Assembly: GCA_044222065.1 (NCBI GenBank)
Contig: JBGAOA010000033.1
Coordinates: forward strand, 1 to 48,245
Source of the DNA: Candidatus Eiseniibacteriota bacterium
GTDB taxonomy: Bacteria; Eisenbacteria; RBG-16-71-46
Reading direction: 5' to 3'
Length of the DNA: 48,245 bases
A program made the position numbers and the translations under genes. This document shows, piece after piece, positions 39,931-48,245 of the stretch; position 1 is the first letter of the stretch, and every line of letters begins with the position of its first letter. A model generated the notes under the pieces. That model saw only the letters and a list, made by a program, of their open reading frames with translations, was not told the DNA's origin and did not search any database.

Positions 39931-40413
39931 ATGGCGCGCTCTCTCACTCATCTCGACGCCTCCGGACGCGTGCGCATGGTGGACGTCGGCGCGAAGCGCG
40001 TGACGAACCGGGTCGCGATCGCGCGCGGCCGCGTCTTCCTGCACCGCGCGACGCTGCGTCTGCTCGCCGATGGCAACGCGCCGAAGGGCGACGTGCTCAC
40101 GACCGCGCACCTCGCGGGCGTGCTCGCGGCGAAGCGCACGGCCGAACTGATCCCGCTCGCCCACCCGCTCGCGCTGGACGGCGTGGACCTTGCCTTCACG
40201 CTCGACCGCGAGTCGTCCTCGGTCGGGATCGAAGCGCGCGTGCGGAATCGCGGCAAGACGGGCTGCGAGATGGAAGCGCTCACCGCGGTGAGCGTCGCGG
40301 CGCTCACGCTGTACGACATGCTCAAGGCCGTGGATCGCGGCATGGTGATCGGCGAGATCGCGCTGTGGGAGAAGCGCGGAGGGAAGCGTGGCGCCTGGCG
40401 CCGTCGAGCCTGA
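39931..40413 (+). CDS. moaC: Cyclic pyranopterin monophosphate synthase
   Basis: LTHLD, MVDV, KGDVL, LIPLAHP, TGCEMEALT, YDMLKAVD, KRGGK. Confidence 0.96.
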   Translation: MARSLTHLDASGRVRMVDVGAKRVTNRVAIARGRVFLHRATLRLLADGNAPKGDVLTTAHLAGVLAAKRTAELIPLAHPLALDGVDLAFTLDRESSSVGIEARVRNRGKTGCEMEALTAVSVAALTLYDMLKAVDRGMVIGEIALWEKRGGKRGAWRRRA

Positions 40414-41641
40414 GTCGCTGAGCTACCGTGACGCGCGCACGCGCGTGTTCGAAGCCGTGCGCGCGCTGCCGCCCGAGACGCTGCCGCTCGCCGAATGCCG
40501 CGCACGGGCGCTGCGCCAGGCGGTCACGGCGCCGCACGCGCTGCCGCCGTTCCGCAACAGCTCGATGGACGGCTTCGCGGTGCGCAGCGCGGACCTGTCG
40601 GACGCGCTCGAGCTGCCGCGCGTGCTGCCGGTCGGCGAGGTGATCGCGGCCGGCAAGGTCGCGAGCCGCGCGCTGCGGGCCGGCGAGGCGATGCGCATCA
40701 TGACGGGCGCGATGCTGCCGGACGGCGCGGACGCCGTCGTGCCGTTCGAGGAGTGCGAACGCCTGGACGGCGCCTCCGAGCGCGCGCGCTTCCGCGCGAC
40801 CGTCGCGGCCGGGCAGAACGTGCGCGAGGCCGGCGCCGACGTCACGGCCGGCCAGCCGCTCTTCGAAGAAGGCCGCGAGCTGTCCGCGCACGACCTCGCG
40901 CTGCTCGCCTCGCTCGGCCTCTCGAGGCTCGTTGTCGGCCGCCGGCCGCGCGTGATCGTGATCTCGACCGGCGACGAACTCGTGGACTTGGACGCCCCGC
41001 TCCCGCCGGGCGCGATCCGCGACAGCAACCGCCTCATGCTCGCGGGCCAGATGGAGGCGGCGGGGGCGATCGTGCTGCGCTCGGCGCGCGTGCCGGACGA
41101 CGTCGCGAAGGTGCGCGCCGCGATCGAGTCGGCGCTCGGCGCCGCCGACGTCGTCGCGACGATCGGCGGCGTGTCGGCCGGCGACTTCGATCCCGTGAAG
41201 CAGGCGCTCGCGGACATCGGCGACATCGAGCTGTGGCGCGTCGCGATGAAGCCCGGGCGTCCGCAGGCGTTCGGCACCCCGCACGGCCGTCTGTTCTTCG
41301 GGCTCCCGGGCAACCCCGCCTCGGTCGCGTGCACGTTCGAAGCGTTCGTGCGGCCCGCGCTGCGCGCGCTCGCGGGCCACGCGAAGACCGGGCGGCCGCG
41401 CTTCCGCGCGCGCGTGCGCGAGCGCATCGCCTCGCGCGCGGGCCGCGTGGACTTCGTGCGCGTGCGCATCGAACTCGCCGACGACGGACCGTGGGCCGTC
41501 GCGGCGGGCGAGCAGATCTCGGGGCATCTCAAGCCTCAGTCGGACGCGAACGCGCTGCTCGTCGTGCCGGCCGAGCGCGAAGCGCTGGAGCCCGGCGACG
41601 TCGCCGAGGCGTGGGTGCTGCGGTGGCCGGAGGTGGCGTGA
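40388..41641 (+). CDS. moeA: Molybdopterin molybdotransferase
   Basis: PPFRNSSMDGFAV, IMTGAMLP, STGDEL, GGVSAGDFD, MKPGRP, GLPGNP. Confidence 0.95.
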   Translation: MAPGAVEPESLSYRDARTRVFEAVRALPPETLPLAECRARALRQAVTAPHALPPFRNSSMDGFAVRSADLSDALELPRVLPVGEVIAAGKVASRALRAGEAMRIMTGAMLPDGADAVVPFEECERLDGASERARFRATVAAGQNVREAGADVTAGQPLFEEGRELSAHDLALLASLGLSRLVVGRRPRVIVISTGDELVDLDAPLPPGAIRDSNRLMLAGQMEAAGAIVLRSARVPDDVAKVRAAIESALGAADVVATIGGVSAGDFDPVKQALADIGDIELWRVAMKPGRPQAFGTPHGRLFFGLPGNPASVACTFEAFVRPALRALAGHAKTGRPRFRARVRERIASRAGRVDFVRVRIELADDGPWAVAAGEQISGHLKPQSDANALLVVPAEREALEPGDVAEAWVLRWPEVA

Positions 41642-43689
41642 GCCGCGATCGCGGCGCGGCGCGGCGCACGGCCGCGAACCGTGGCGCGACGCCGGCGCCG
41701 AAGCGCGCCGCGCCGGCTCCGCCCGAGCCCGCGGCGGAACTCCCCGCGCGCCACCCCGCGATGCTGCTCGCATTCGCGCTCGCGGCGCTCGGCGTGTACT
41801 TCTCGGTGACGTTCTGGATCACCGACCCCGACGTGTGGCAGCACCTCGCCGTCGGCCGCGAGATCTGGCGCTCGCACGCGGTGCCGCGGTACCACGTCTG
41901 GACGTGGCCCAACCTCGGCACGTGGGACGTCACCCCCTCGTGGCTCTTCCGCGCGCTGCTCTATCCGTTCTGGGCCGCGGGCGGCATCGCGGGGCTGTTC
42001 GCGTGGCGCTGGCTCACCTCGGCGCTCGCGTTCTTCGGCCTGTGGGCGATCGGCCGCAGGCTCGGCGCGCGCGGCCTCACGCCGCTGCTCGTGCTCGTGC
42101 TCGCCTCGCTCGCCTCGCGCGGCCGCACGCAGATGCGCCCCGAGACGCTCGCGGCGCTGTTCCTCGTCGCCGAGCTGTGGGTGCTCGAGACGCGCCGCCG
42201 CGGCGGCCGCGACCTCGCCTGGCTGCTCGTGCCGCTCGCCTGCCTGTGGATCAACGCGCACATCTCGTACTTCCTGCTGTTCGTCACACTCGCCCCGTTC
42301 GCGCTCGGCGACCTCGTCGCGCGAAGGAACGCGAAACTCGCGCTCGTCGGCGTCGTCGCGTTCGCCGCGTGCTTCTTGAACCCGTGGGGCTGGACCGCGG
42401 TGTGGCAGCCGTTCGACTTCGCGCTCCACCAGCGCTCAGAGCTCTTGTTCCGCTCGATCGGCGAGCTGATGCCGCCGACGCTCGAAGAGAACCTCTACAA
42501 CGGGCTCCCGATCCTCGCGCTCGCCTGGCCGCTGCTCGCGCTGTGGCGCGGACGGCGCCACGGCTGGGACGGCATCGAGCTGAGTCTGCTCGCGATCTTC
42601 GGCGCGCTCGCGCTCTCGGGCACGCGCTTCACGGGCTACTTCGCGCTCGTCGCGGTGCCGTACCTCGGGCGCGACCTGTCCGAGTGGGTCGGCTCGCGCC
42701 GCTGGCCGCGCTGGACGCAACCGCCGCTCGCGCGCGTCGCGCTGTTCGCCGCGACGGCCGCGGCGCTGTGCACGATCGAGTGGACCGCGCCCGATCCGCG
42801 CCCGGGCGTCGGCGTGTGGATGAACTCCTACCCCGTCGGCGCGTGCGACTACGTCGCCGCGCGCGGCGTGAAAGGCCCGCTCTACAACCCGTTCTTCTTC
42901 GGCGGCTACCTGCTGTGGCGCTTCTACCCCGATCGCGACCGGCTGCCATTCATGGATATCCACCAGAGCGGCACGCTGGAGTCGCGACTCCTCTACTTCC
43001 GCGCGCTCGGCGACGACGGCGCGTGGCGCGCGATGGACGAGCGCTACCGCTTCCAGGCGGCGCTGCACGCGCGCGAGCAGGTGCCGGGCGATTTCACGCT
43101 CGACCACCTCGATGCCGACACGAACTACGCGCTCGTGTACCTCGACGACTCGGCGTGCCTGTACGTGCGCCACGACGGCCCGAACGCCGCACTCGCCGCC
43201 GACGCGTACCGCATCGTGCGCGGCGGGCGGCGCTCGCTCGGCGAGATCGCGGCGCGCGCCGCGGCCGACACGGCGTATCGCGCCGCGCTGCGGGCCGACC
43301 TCGCGCGCGAGGCCGCGGGCTCGCGCTTCAACGGGATCGCGCACAGCCTGCTCGCGAACGTCGCGCTGCTCGACGGCCGGCGCGGCGAGGCTCGCGCCCA
43401 CCTCGAGGCGGCGCTCACGGCGAATCCGTTCGTGCCCCGCACGCACCAGCGGCTCGGCGACCTCGCCGTGGAGGACGGCGATGCGGCCCGCGCGCTGCGC
43501 GAGTACGCGGCCGAGCGCTACCTGCACGGCGAACCGCCGGGACTCGGCGCGGGCGTCGGCCGCGCGTACGAGCTGCGCGGCGACTGGAAGCGCGCGCGCG
43601 ACGCCTATCGCGGCGAAGTGCGCCGCAACCCCGACGACGCGTACGCGATGGAGCGGCTGCGCGCGGTCGAGGCGAAGCTCGGCGAGTAG
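41638..43689 (+). CDS. Polytopic membrane protein (GT-C glycosyltransferase-like) with C-terminal TPR-like repeats
   Basis: DPDVWQHLAVGREI after the first TM, RPE, LWINAH, LNPWG, FGGYLLW; about ten TMs; helical repeats at the C-terminus. GTG start overlaps the moeA stop. Confidence 0.7.
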   Translation: MSRDRGAARRTAANRGATPAPKRAAPAPPEPAAELPARHPAMLLAFALAALGVYFSVTFWITDPDVWQHLAVGREIWRSHAVPRYHVWTWPNLGTWDVTPSWLFRALLYPFWAAGGIAGLFAWRWLTSALAFFGLWAIGRRLGARGLTPLLVLVLASLASRGRTQMRPETLAALFLVAELWVLETRRRGGRDLAWLLVPLACLWINAHISYFLLFVTLAPFALGDLVARRNAKLALVGVVAFAACFLNPWGWTAVWQPFDFALHQRSELLFRSIGELMPPTLEENLYNGLPILALAWPLLALWRGRRHGWDGIELSLLAIFGALALSGTRFTGYFALVAVPYLGRDLSEWVGSRRWPRWTQPPLARVALFAATAAALCTIEWTAPDPRPGVGVWMNSYPVGACDYVAARGVKGPLYNPFFFGGYLLWRFYPDRDRLPFMDIHQSGTLESRLLYFRALGDDGAWRAMDERYRFQAALHAREQVPGDFTLDHLDADTNYALVYLDDSACLYVRHDGPNAALAADAYRIVRGGRRSLGEIAARAAADTAYRAALRADLAREAAGSRFNGIAHSLLANVALLDGRRGEARAHLEAALTANPFVPRTHQRLGDLAVEDGDAARALREYAAERYLHGEPPGLGAGVGRAYELRGDWKRARDAYRGEVRRNPDDAYAMERLRAVEAKLGE

Positions 43690-43698
43690 CCCGCGCGC

Positions 43699-46614
43699 TC
43701 AGCGCGGCGTGAGGCGGCCCGCCCCCGGCGCGGCGTCCTCGTTCAGCACCGCCGCGATCGCGCGCGCGAGGTCCGAAGGCTGGAACGGCTTCGCGAGCGC
43801 GGCGACGAACCCGGCCGCGCGGTGGTTCGCGAGAATCGGATCGTCCGAGTACCCGCTCGCGACGATCGCGCGCGCGCCCGGGTCGCGCGCGTGAATCTCG
43901 GCGATCGCTTGCCGGCCGCCCATTCCGCCCGGGATCGTGAGATCCATGAGGAGCAGGTCGAACGGCGCGCCCTCGGCCTTGCGGGCGAAGTAGCGCTCGA
44001 CGGCGGCCCGGCCGTCCGAAACGCCCTCTACCGAGTAGCCCCAGCGCTCGAGCATGCGCTCGAGCACGCTGCGCACGAGCGGCTCGTCGTCGAGCACGAG
44101 GATCCGCCCGCCGCCCGCCGGCGGCTCCGCCGCGAGCGCGGGCGTCTCGGCCTCCGACGCCTCGGCCGCGGGGATGCACACGGTGAACGTCGCGCCGCGG
44201 CCGTCGGCCGAGTCGAGCGTCAGCGTGCCGCCGTGGTTGCGGCAGATCGTGTAGGCCGTCGCGAGTCCGAGCCCGCTGCCGCGGGGCTTGGTGGTGAAGT
44301 ACGGGTCGAAGACGCGCGAGCGGATCGCCTCGGGCACACCGGGACCGTTGTCGGCGAACTCGATGCGCACGTAGCGGCGGTCGCCGCCCCGCGCACCGGT
44401 GACGGCATCGCCGACGAAATTGCGCGCCCGGATCTCGAGCACGCCGCCGGGCCCCGTCGCCTGCTGGGCGTTGATGATCAGGTTGCTGACGACCTGCGCG
44501 AGCTGCCCGCCGTCCACGTGCGCGGGCCACAGTCCGTCGTCGAGGTCGAACTGCACGCGCATGTGCGAGCCGGCGCCGGCGAGCGACGCCGACTCGCGCA
44601 GCAGCCGGGCGGCGTTCGCGCTGCGGCGCAGCGGCTGCCCGCCCTTCGCGAACGCGAGCAGCTGCGCCGTGAGCCGGCCCGCGCCCGCGGCCGCCTGTTC
44701 CGCGAGGCCGAGCAGCTCTTCGCGCTCGGCCGCGCCCCGCTCCTTCGCGAGCGCCACGTGGCCGACGATCGCGGTGAGCGCGTTGTTGAAGTCGTGCGCG
44801 ATCCCGCCCGCGAGGACGCCGAGCGAGCGCATCTTCTCCTCGCGCTGCCGCGCTTCCTCCTGCGCGCGCAGCTCGGTCGTGTCGCGAACGCTCACGAGCC
44901 GGCAGGCGCGGCCGCCGAGCGAGACCGCGCTGCGGCGGATCTCGGCCCAGCGCGTCCGCCCCGCGGGATCGGTCCAGCAGTCGTCGAGCGCGAGCGTCTC
45001 GCCGCCGTCCGCCTCGAGCGCGCGGTCGAGCGCGCGCCGGACCCACTCCGGCTCGATGCCGCCGATCGCCGCCCGCGTCCGAGGCGTCGTCACGCCGCAC
45101 AGCACGCGCGCGGGGTCGTTCAGCTCGAGAACCTCGCGCGTCGCGGTCTCGATCAAGAACGTCGGCTCGACCGAGGACTGGAACACCGCGCGGTAGCGCT
45201 GCTCCGATTCGCGCAGCGCGCGCTGCGCGCGGAGCCGCAGCGCGAACAGCACGCCGAGGAGCCCGAGGCACACGACGAGCAGCGCGGTGCCCGCGACCAG
45301 CTGACGCACGTTCCGCTGCCGCGCCTCCGCGAGCGCCGCGAGCCCGCGCTCGCGCTCGCGCGCCCGGTACTGCGCGTCGAGCTCGGCGATGCGCCGCGTC
45401 GAGGCGCTGTCCTGGAGCGCCGACTTCACTTCGTGGAAGCGCCGGAACGCGAGGAACGCGCCCGCCGTGTCGCCGATCGCGGCGCGTGCGCGCGCGAGCA
45501 TCTCGAGGTGGTCGCCTTCGTCGATCGGATCGCCGATCTCGGCCGCAAGCGCGATGGCCTGCTCGAGCAGCGGAATCGCCGCGCGCGGCGCCCCGCGCGC
45601 GAGTTCGATCTGGCCCAGCCCGCCGCGCGATCGCACGATGCCCTCGCGGTCGCCGATGCGCTCGCGCAGTTCGAGCGCGCGGCGGCAGAACTCTGCCGCC
45701 CGGTCCCACTGCCCCAGCCTCTCGTAGGCGAAGCCGATGTTGCTGTAGTTCTTCGCCTCGCCGTACGAGTTGGCGGCCTCGCGGTCCATGCGGAGCGATC
45801 GTTCGAGATACGGGATCGCCTCCCGCGGCCGGTCCAGTTCGATCAGCACGAGCCCGATGTTGCCGAGCGTGTTCGCGAGGTTGCCGCGCGGGCCAACGCG
45901 TTCGTGGATCGCGAGCGCGCGCTTCAGCTCGGCGAGCGCTTCCTCGTTTCGCCCGAGGTCCCAGTACACGAGGCCGAGGTTGTTGCGCGCGCGGGCGACC
46001 GAGCGCTCGTCGCGAAGCGATTCGCTCGCGTGCAGCGCGGCGAGCGCCGCTTCGAGCGCGCCCTCGAGGTCGCCGAGCGACTGCCGCAGCCCCATCGTCA
46101 GGGTCAGCGCGCGGACCAGGTCGTGGGATGGACCTCGCGGCGCGAGCAGTTCGCGCGCCCGGGCGGCGTGCGCCTGCGCCGCGGGAAACTGGCCCGACTT
46201 CCACTCGACGAATCCGAGCTGGGAAGCGGCGCGCGCGCGCAGCAGCGGGTCCTTCTGACCGAGCGCGAGCTGCTCGGCGCGCTGCGCATCGGCCAGCGCC
46301 GCGGGGAATTCGCCGCGCAGCTCCAACGCCCGGGCGCGCGCGACGCGCGCCGCGATCTCCTGGGCCGCCGAAGGGTGCTTCGCGAGCAGCGCGAGCGCCT
46401 CGTCCGCGTGGCGCAGCAGGGGCGCGGAATCGTCGCGCTGCAGCTCCGCCAGCTCGAGCAGCAGCGGAATGCGCGACGCTTCACGCGCCGAGGCGAGTTC
46501 CGCCCGTACGGTGGTCGTGTCGCGCGAAGGATGCGGTGGCGCTGCGGCGATCGAGGCGAGGGGGCACAGACCGAGGCAGGCGACGATCCCGAGGAGCAAA
46601 GCGGCCGGTCCCAT
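43699..46614 (-). CDS. Hybrid sensor histidine kinase (extracytoplasmic TPR - TM - PAS - HisKA - HATPase - REC)
   Basis: Signal peptide, TPRs (NNLGLVY, GNIGLV, SNIGFAY), TM, GGIAHDFNN, NLIINA, DNGPG, FTTK, GLGL, LVLDDE, MDLTIPG, LAKPF. Confidence 0.93.
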   Translation of the reverse strand: MGPAALLLGIVACLGLCPLASIAAAPPHPSRDTTTVRAELASAREASRIPLLLELAELQRDDSAPLLRHADEALALLAKHPSAAQEIAARVARARALELRGEFPAALADAQRAEQLALGQKDPLLRARAASQLGFVEWKSGQFPAAQAHAARARELLAPRGPSHDLVRALTLTMGLRQSLGDLEGALEAALAALHASESLRDERSVARARNNLGLVYWDLGRNEEALAELKRALAIHERVGPRGNLANTLGNIGLVLIELDRPREAIPYLERSLRMDREAANSYGEAKNYSNIGFAYERLGQWDRAAEFCRRALELRERIGDREGIVRSRGGLGQIELARGAPRAAIPLLEQAIALAAEIGDPIDEGDHLEMLARARAAIGDTAGAFLAFRRFHEVKSALQDSASTRRIAELDAQYRARERERGLAALAEARQRNVRQLVAGTALLVVCLGLLGVLFALRLRAQRALRESEQRYRAVFQSSVEPTFLIETATREVLELNDPARVLCGVTTPRTRAAIGGIEPEWVRRALDRALEADGGETLALDDCWTDPAGRTRWAEIRRSAVSLGGRACRLVSVRDTTELRAQEEARQREEKMRSLGVLAGGIAHDFNNALTAIVGHVALAKERGAAEREELLGLAEQAAAGAGRLTAQLLAFAKGGQPLRRSANAARLLRESASLAGAGSHMRVQFDLDDGLWPAHVDGGQLAQVVSNLIINAQQATGPGGVLEIRARNFVGDAVTGARGGDRRYVRIEFADNGPGVPEAIRSRVFDPYFTTKPRGSGLGLATAYTICRNHGGTLTLDSADGRGATFTVCIPAAEASEAETPALAAEPPAGGGRILVLDDEPLVRSVLERMLERWGYSVEGVSDGRAAVERYFARKAEGAPFDLLLMDLTIPGGMGGRQAIAEIHARDPGARAIVASGYSDDPILANHRAAGFVAALAKPFQPSDLARAIAAVLNEDAAPGAGRLTPR

Positions 46615-46845
46615 CGCGCGAAATGTAACGGCGGCCGCCGAGCCCGGTCCACCCGGACGCCGCGTGCGCGGCCCGACGGACCCTGCCGCGGCGGACCGGA
46701 ACGGGGCGGGCCCCCGCCCCCGTCGGCGCCGCCGCCCGGGCGCTGGAGCCGCTCGATCCGTCCCCACGAGCCCCGCGCCGGCGGCGTCGCCAAACCCCGG
46801 TTTGCCTCGTGAAGCGCCGCGCGGCCCGCCGGCGCTCCCTCGCGC

Positions 46846-47307
46846 TCAGCCCACGCGCTCCCACGTCAGCGTGCGCGTCACCGGCGTCCCGTCCACGGCG
46901 TTCGTCGCGAGTTCGATGACGAGCGTGTCGCCTCGCACGGTCATCGCGCGCGACAGCACCATGCCGACGTTCGCGGCGCTGAGCGAGCCGAGCAGCGTCT
47001 GCGTAACGACGCCGCTCGCATCGTCCACGACGTACGTGCCGATGTCGGCGTCGTACCCGCCCTGCGCCTGCGTGTTGTTCGGGGCGCCGGCGGCGCCCGC
47101 GGCGGGCGCCGTCGTGCGGTCGCGCTTCATGAACTGCGCGGCGAAGTGGCCCGCGCGGTCGTACACGAGCAGCGCAACCGGGTCCGAGCCGAGCGCCGGG
47201 TCTTCCCGGCGCTCGCCCGACGACGTGATGTCCACGCGCGAGCGCAGCCGCCACGTGCCGGGCAGGCTCGCGGACAGCGGGGCCGATGGCGTCGACGGCC
47301 CCGTCAC
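46846..47307 (-). CDS. Lipocalin-like domain protein
   Basis: LPGTWRL, LLVYD..GHFAAQ, YDADIGTY, TLTWER. Confidence 0.8.
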   Translation of the reverse strand: MTGPSTPSAPLSASLPGTWRLRSRVDITSSGERREDPALGSDPVALLVYDRAGHFAAQFMKRDRTTAPAAGAAGAPNNTQAQGGYDADIGTYVVDDASGVVTQTLLGSLSAANVGMVLSRAMTVRGDTLVIELATNAVDGTPVTRTLTWERVG

Positions 47308-47891
47308 CAGCGCTTCACCGTCGTGCGGTGCTGGATCTCGGTGCCGCGCGGAAGCGACGCGAGCCCGGAGCCTCCGCCGGGATTCGCGCGCACGTACGCC
47401 TCCGCTTCCTTTCTAGCCGCCGAGTCCACGGTCGTGATCAGCACGTCGAAGTTCCCGCCGTTCGAGCTGCGATCGCCAAAGGCCGCGGCGGCGGACCAGT
47501 CGCCCGTCACCGCGACGTCCGGCGCGTGCGCCTGCGGGAAGTACGTGCTCGACTCGTGCGAGTAGACGAACAGCCACAACGACGGCGGCGGTGTCGTCGG
47601 ACGGGACGTGCCGCTCACCATGACGCGCTGGTCCACGAGCGCTCCGTTTTCGGGCGAGCGAATCGCCGCCAGCCGGAGACTGTCCGAGACGGGGTCGCTC
47701 GCTCCGGCCCGCGTCCGGGGACTCTGCGAATCGGGCGCCGGCGCGGAAGGGACGGGCGCACCCGATACACGATCCTGAGCCTTCTCCAGCGCCGCGACGC
47801 GCCCGTCGAGCCGGCCGAGCCACACGAGACCCGTTCCGATCGCCACTGCAAGGGCAATGAGAGCGCCCCATTCCACGCCACGCGATTTCAT
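47304..47891 (-). CDS. Hypothetical membrane-anchored protein with C-terminal beta-sandwich domain
   Basis: GGAGG RBS before MKSRG; N-terminal TM, short coiled segment, Pro-rich linker, then IRSPENG..VSGT..LWLFV. Confidence 0.65.
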   Translation of the reverse strand: MKSRGVEWGALIALAVAIGTGLVWLGRLDGRVAALEKAQDRVSGAPVPSAPAPDSQSPRTRAGASDPVSDSLRLAAIRSPENGALVDQRVMVSGTSRPTTPPPSLWLFVYSHESSTYFPQAHAPDVAVTGDWSAAAAFGDRSSNGGNFDVLITTVDSAARKEAEAYVRANPGGGSGLASLPRGTEIQHRTTVKRW

Positions 47892-48060
47892 GAGCATCCT
47901 CCGTGGGCGAGCCACCGCGCGAGAAGCTACCACGCGCAGCAGCCGCGCCACTCGAACGCGCACACGGCCAGCGACGCGATACCCGAGCTCGAAGCCCTCC
48001 CTCCCGCCGCGGGCCTGTGGCCTTGGTCGCCCGTCCCCGCTCCCTTAGACTGCGCGCCCC

Positions 48061-48245
48061 ATGACTGCCCTGATGCCCGGAGCCCGCGTCGGAAACTACG
48101 AGATCGTCGCGCTGCTCGGGGCCGGCGGCATGGGCGAGGTGTACCGCGCGCACGATCCCAGGCTGCGGCGCGACGTCGCGCTCAAGGTGCTGCCCGAAGC
48201 GGTCGCCGCGAATCCCGACCGGCTCGTGCGCTTCGAGCGCGAGGC
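48061..48245 (+). CDS. Hanks-type Ser/Thr protein kinase, 5' fragment (runs off the window)
   Basis: Manual translation [50 protein letters not shown], containing the Gly loop and catalytic Lys. Confidence 0.93.
   Translation, partial: MTALMPGARVGNYEIVALLGAGGMGEVYRAHDPRLRRDVALKVLPEAVAANPDRLVRFERE

Overview
Very GC-rich bacterial chromosomal segment, mostly core genome. The 16S fragment, gene content and the FG-GAP protein with a C-terminal sorting-type domain fit an uncultured lineage such as Ca. Eisenbacteria; this is an inference, not a classification. From left to right the window holds: the 5' end of a 16S rRNA gene with tandem promoters and boxA; tyrS; a class A PBP; an alr-deoB-cdd-deoC-pdp nucleoside salvage operon; a sigma54-type promoter ahead of an outer-membrane barrel/lipoprotein pair; mazG-DUF1844-crotonase-Rieske oxygenase; an atypical two-gene cassette (DUF3626-like plus unknown); a WYL regulator, methyltransferase and LysE; a hyper-acidic mini-protein followed by speD-like, speB and rlmI; tRNA-Asp; a murQ-ABC-anmK-spoIID-DUF1080 cell-wall recycling cluster whose last two genes are frame-disrupted; an FG-GAP protein; mutM; a degenerate DEAD-box helicase; AlaX with a sensor-less sigma54 activator; moaC-moeA; a GT-C-like/TPR membrane protein; a TPR hybrid kinase; and a partial Ser/Thr kinase. 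I saw no CRISPR array, integrase or transposase. The best leads are: (1) DeoC with a microcompartment encapsulation-peptide-like N-terminus inside a full salvage operon; (2) the orphan DUF3626/ART-like two-gene cassette; (3) the 66% Asp/Glu mini-protein heading a polyamine operon whose SpeD homolog may be an arginine decarboxylase; (4) a perfectly symmetric bidirectional promoter at moaC. All family calls come from motif recognition by eye; no searches were run.
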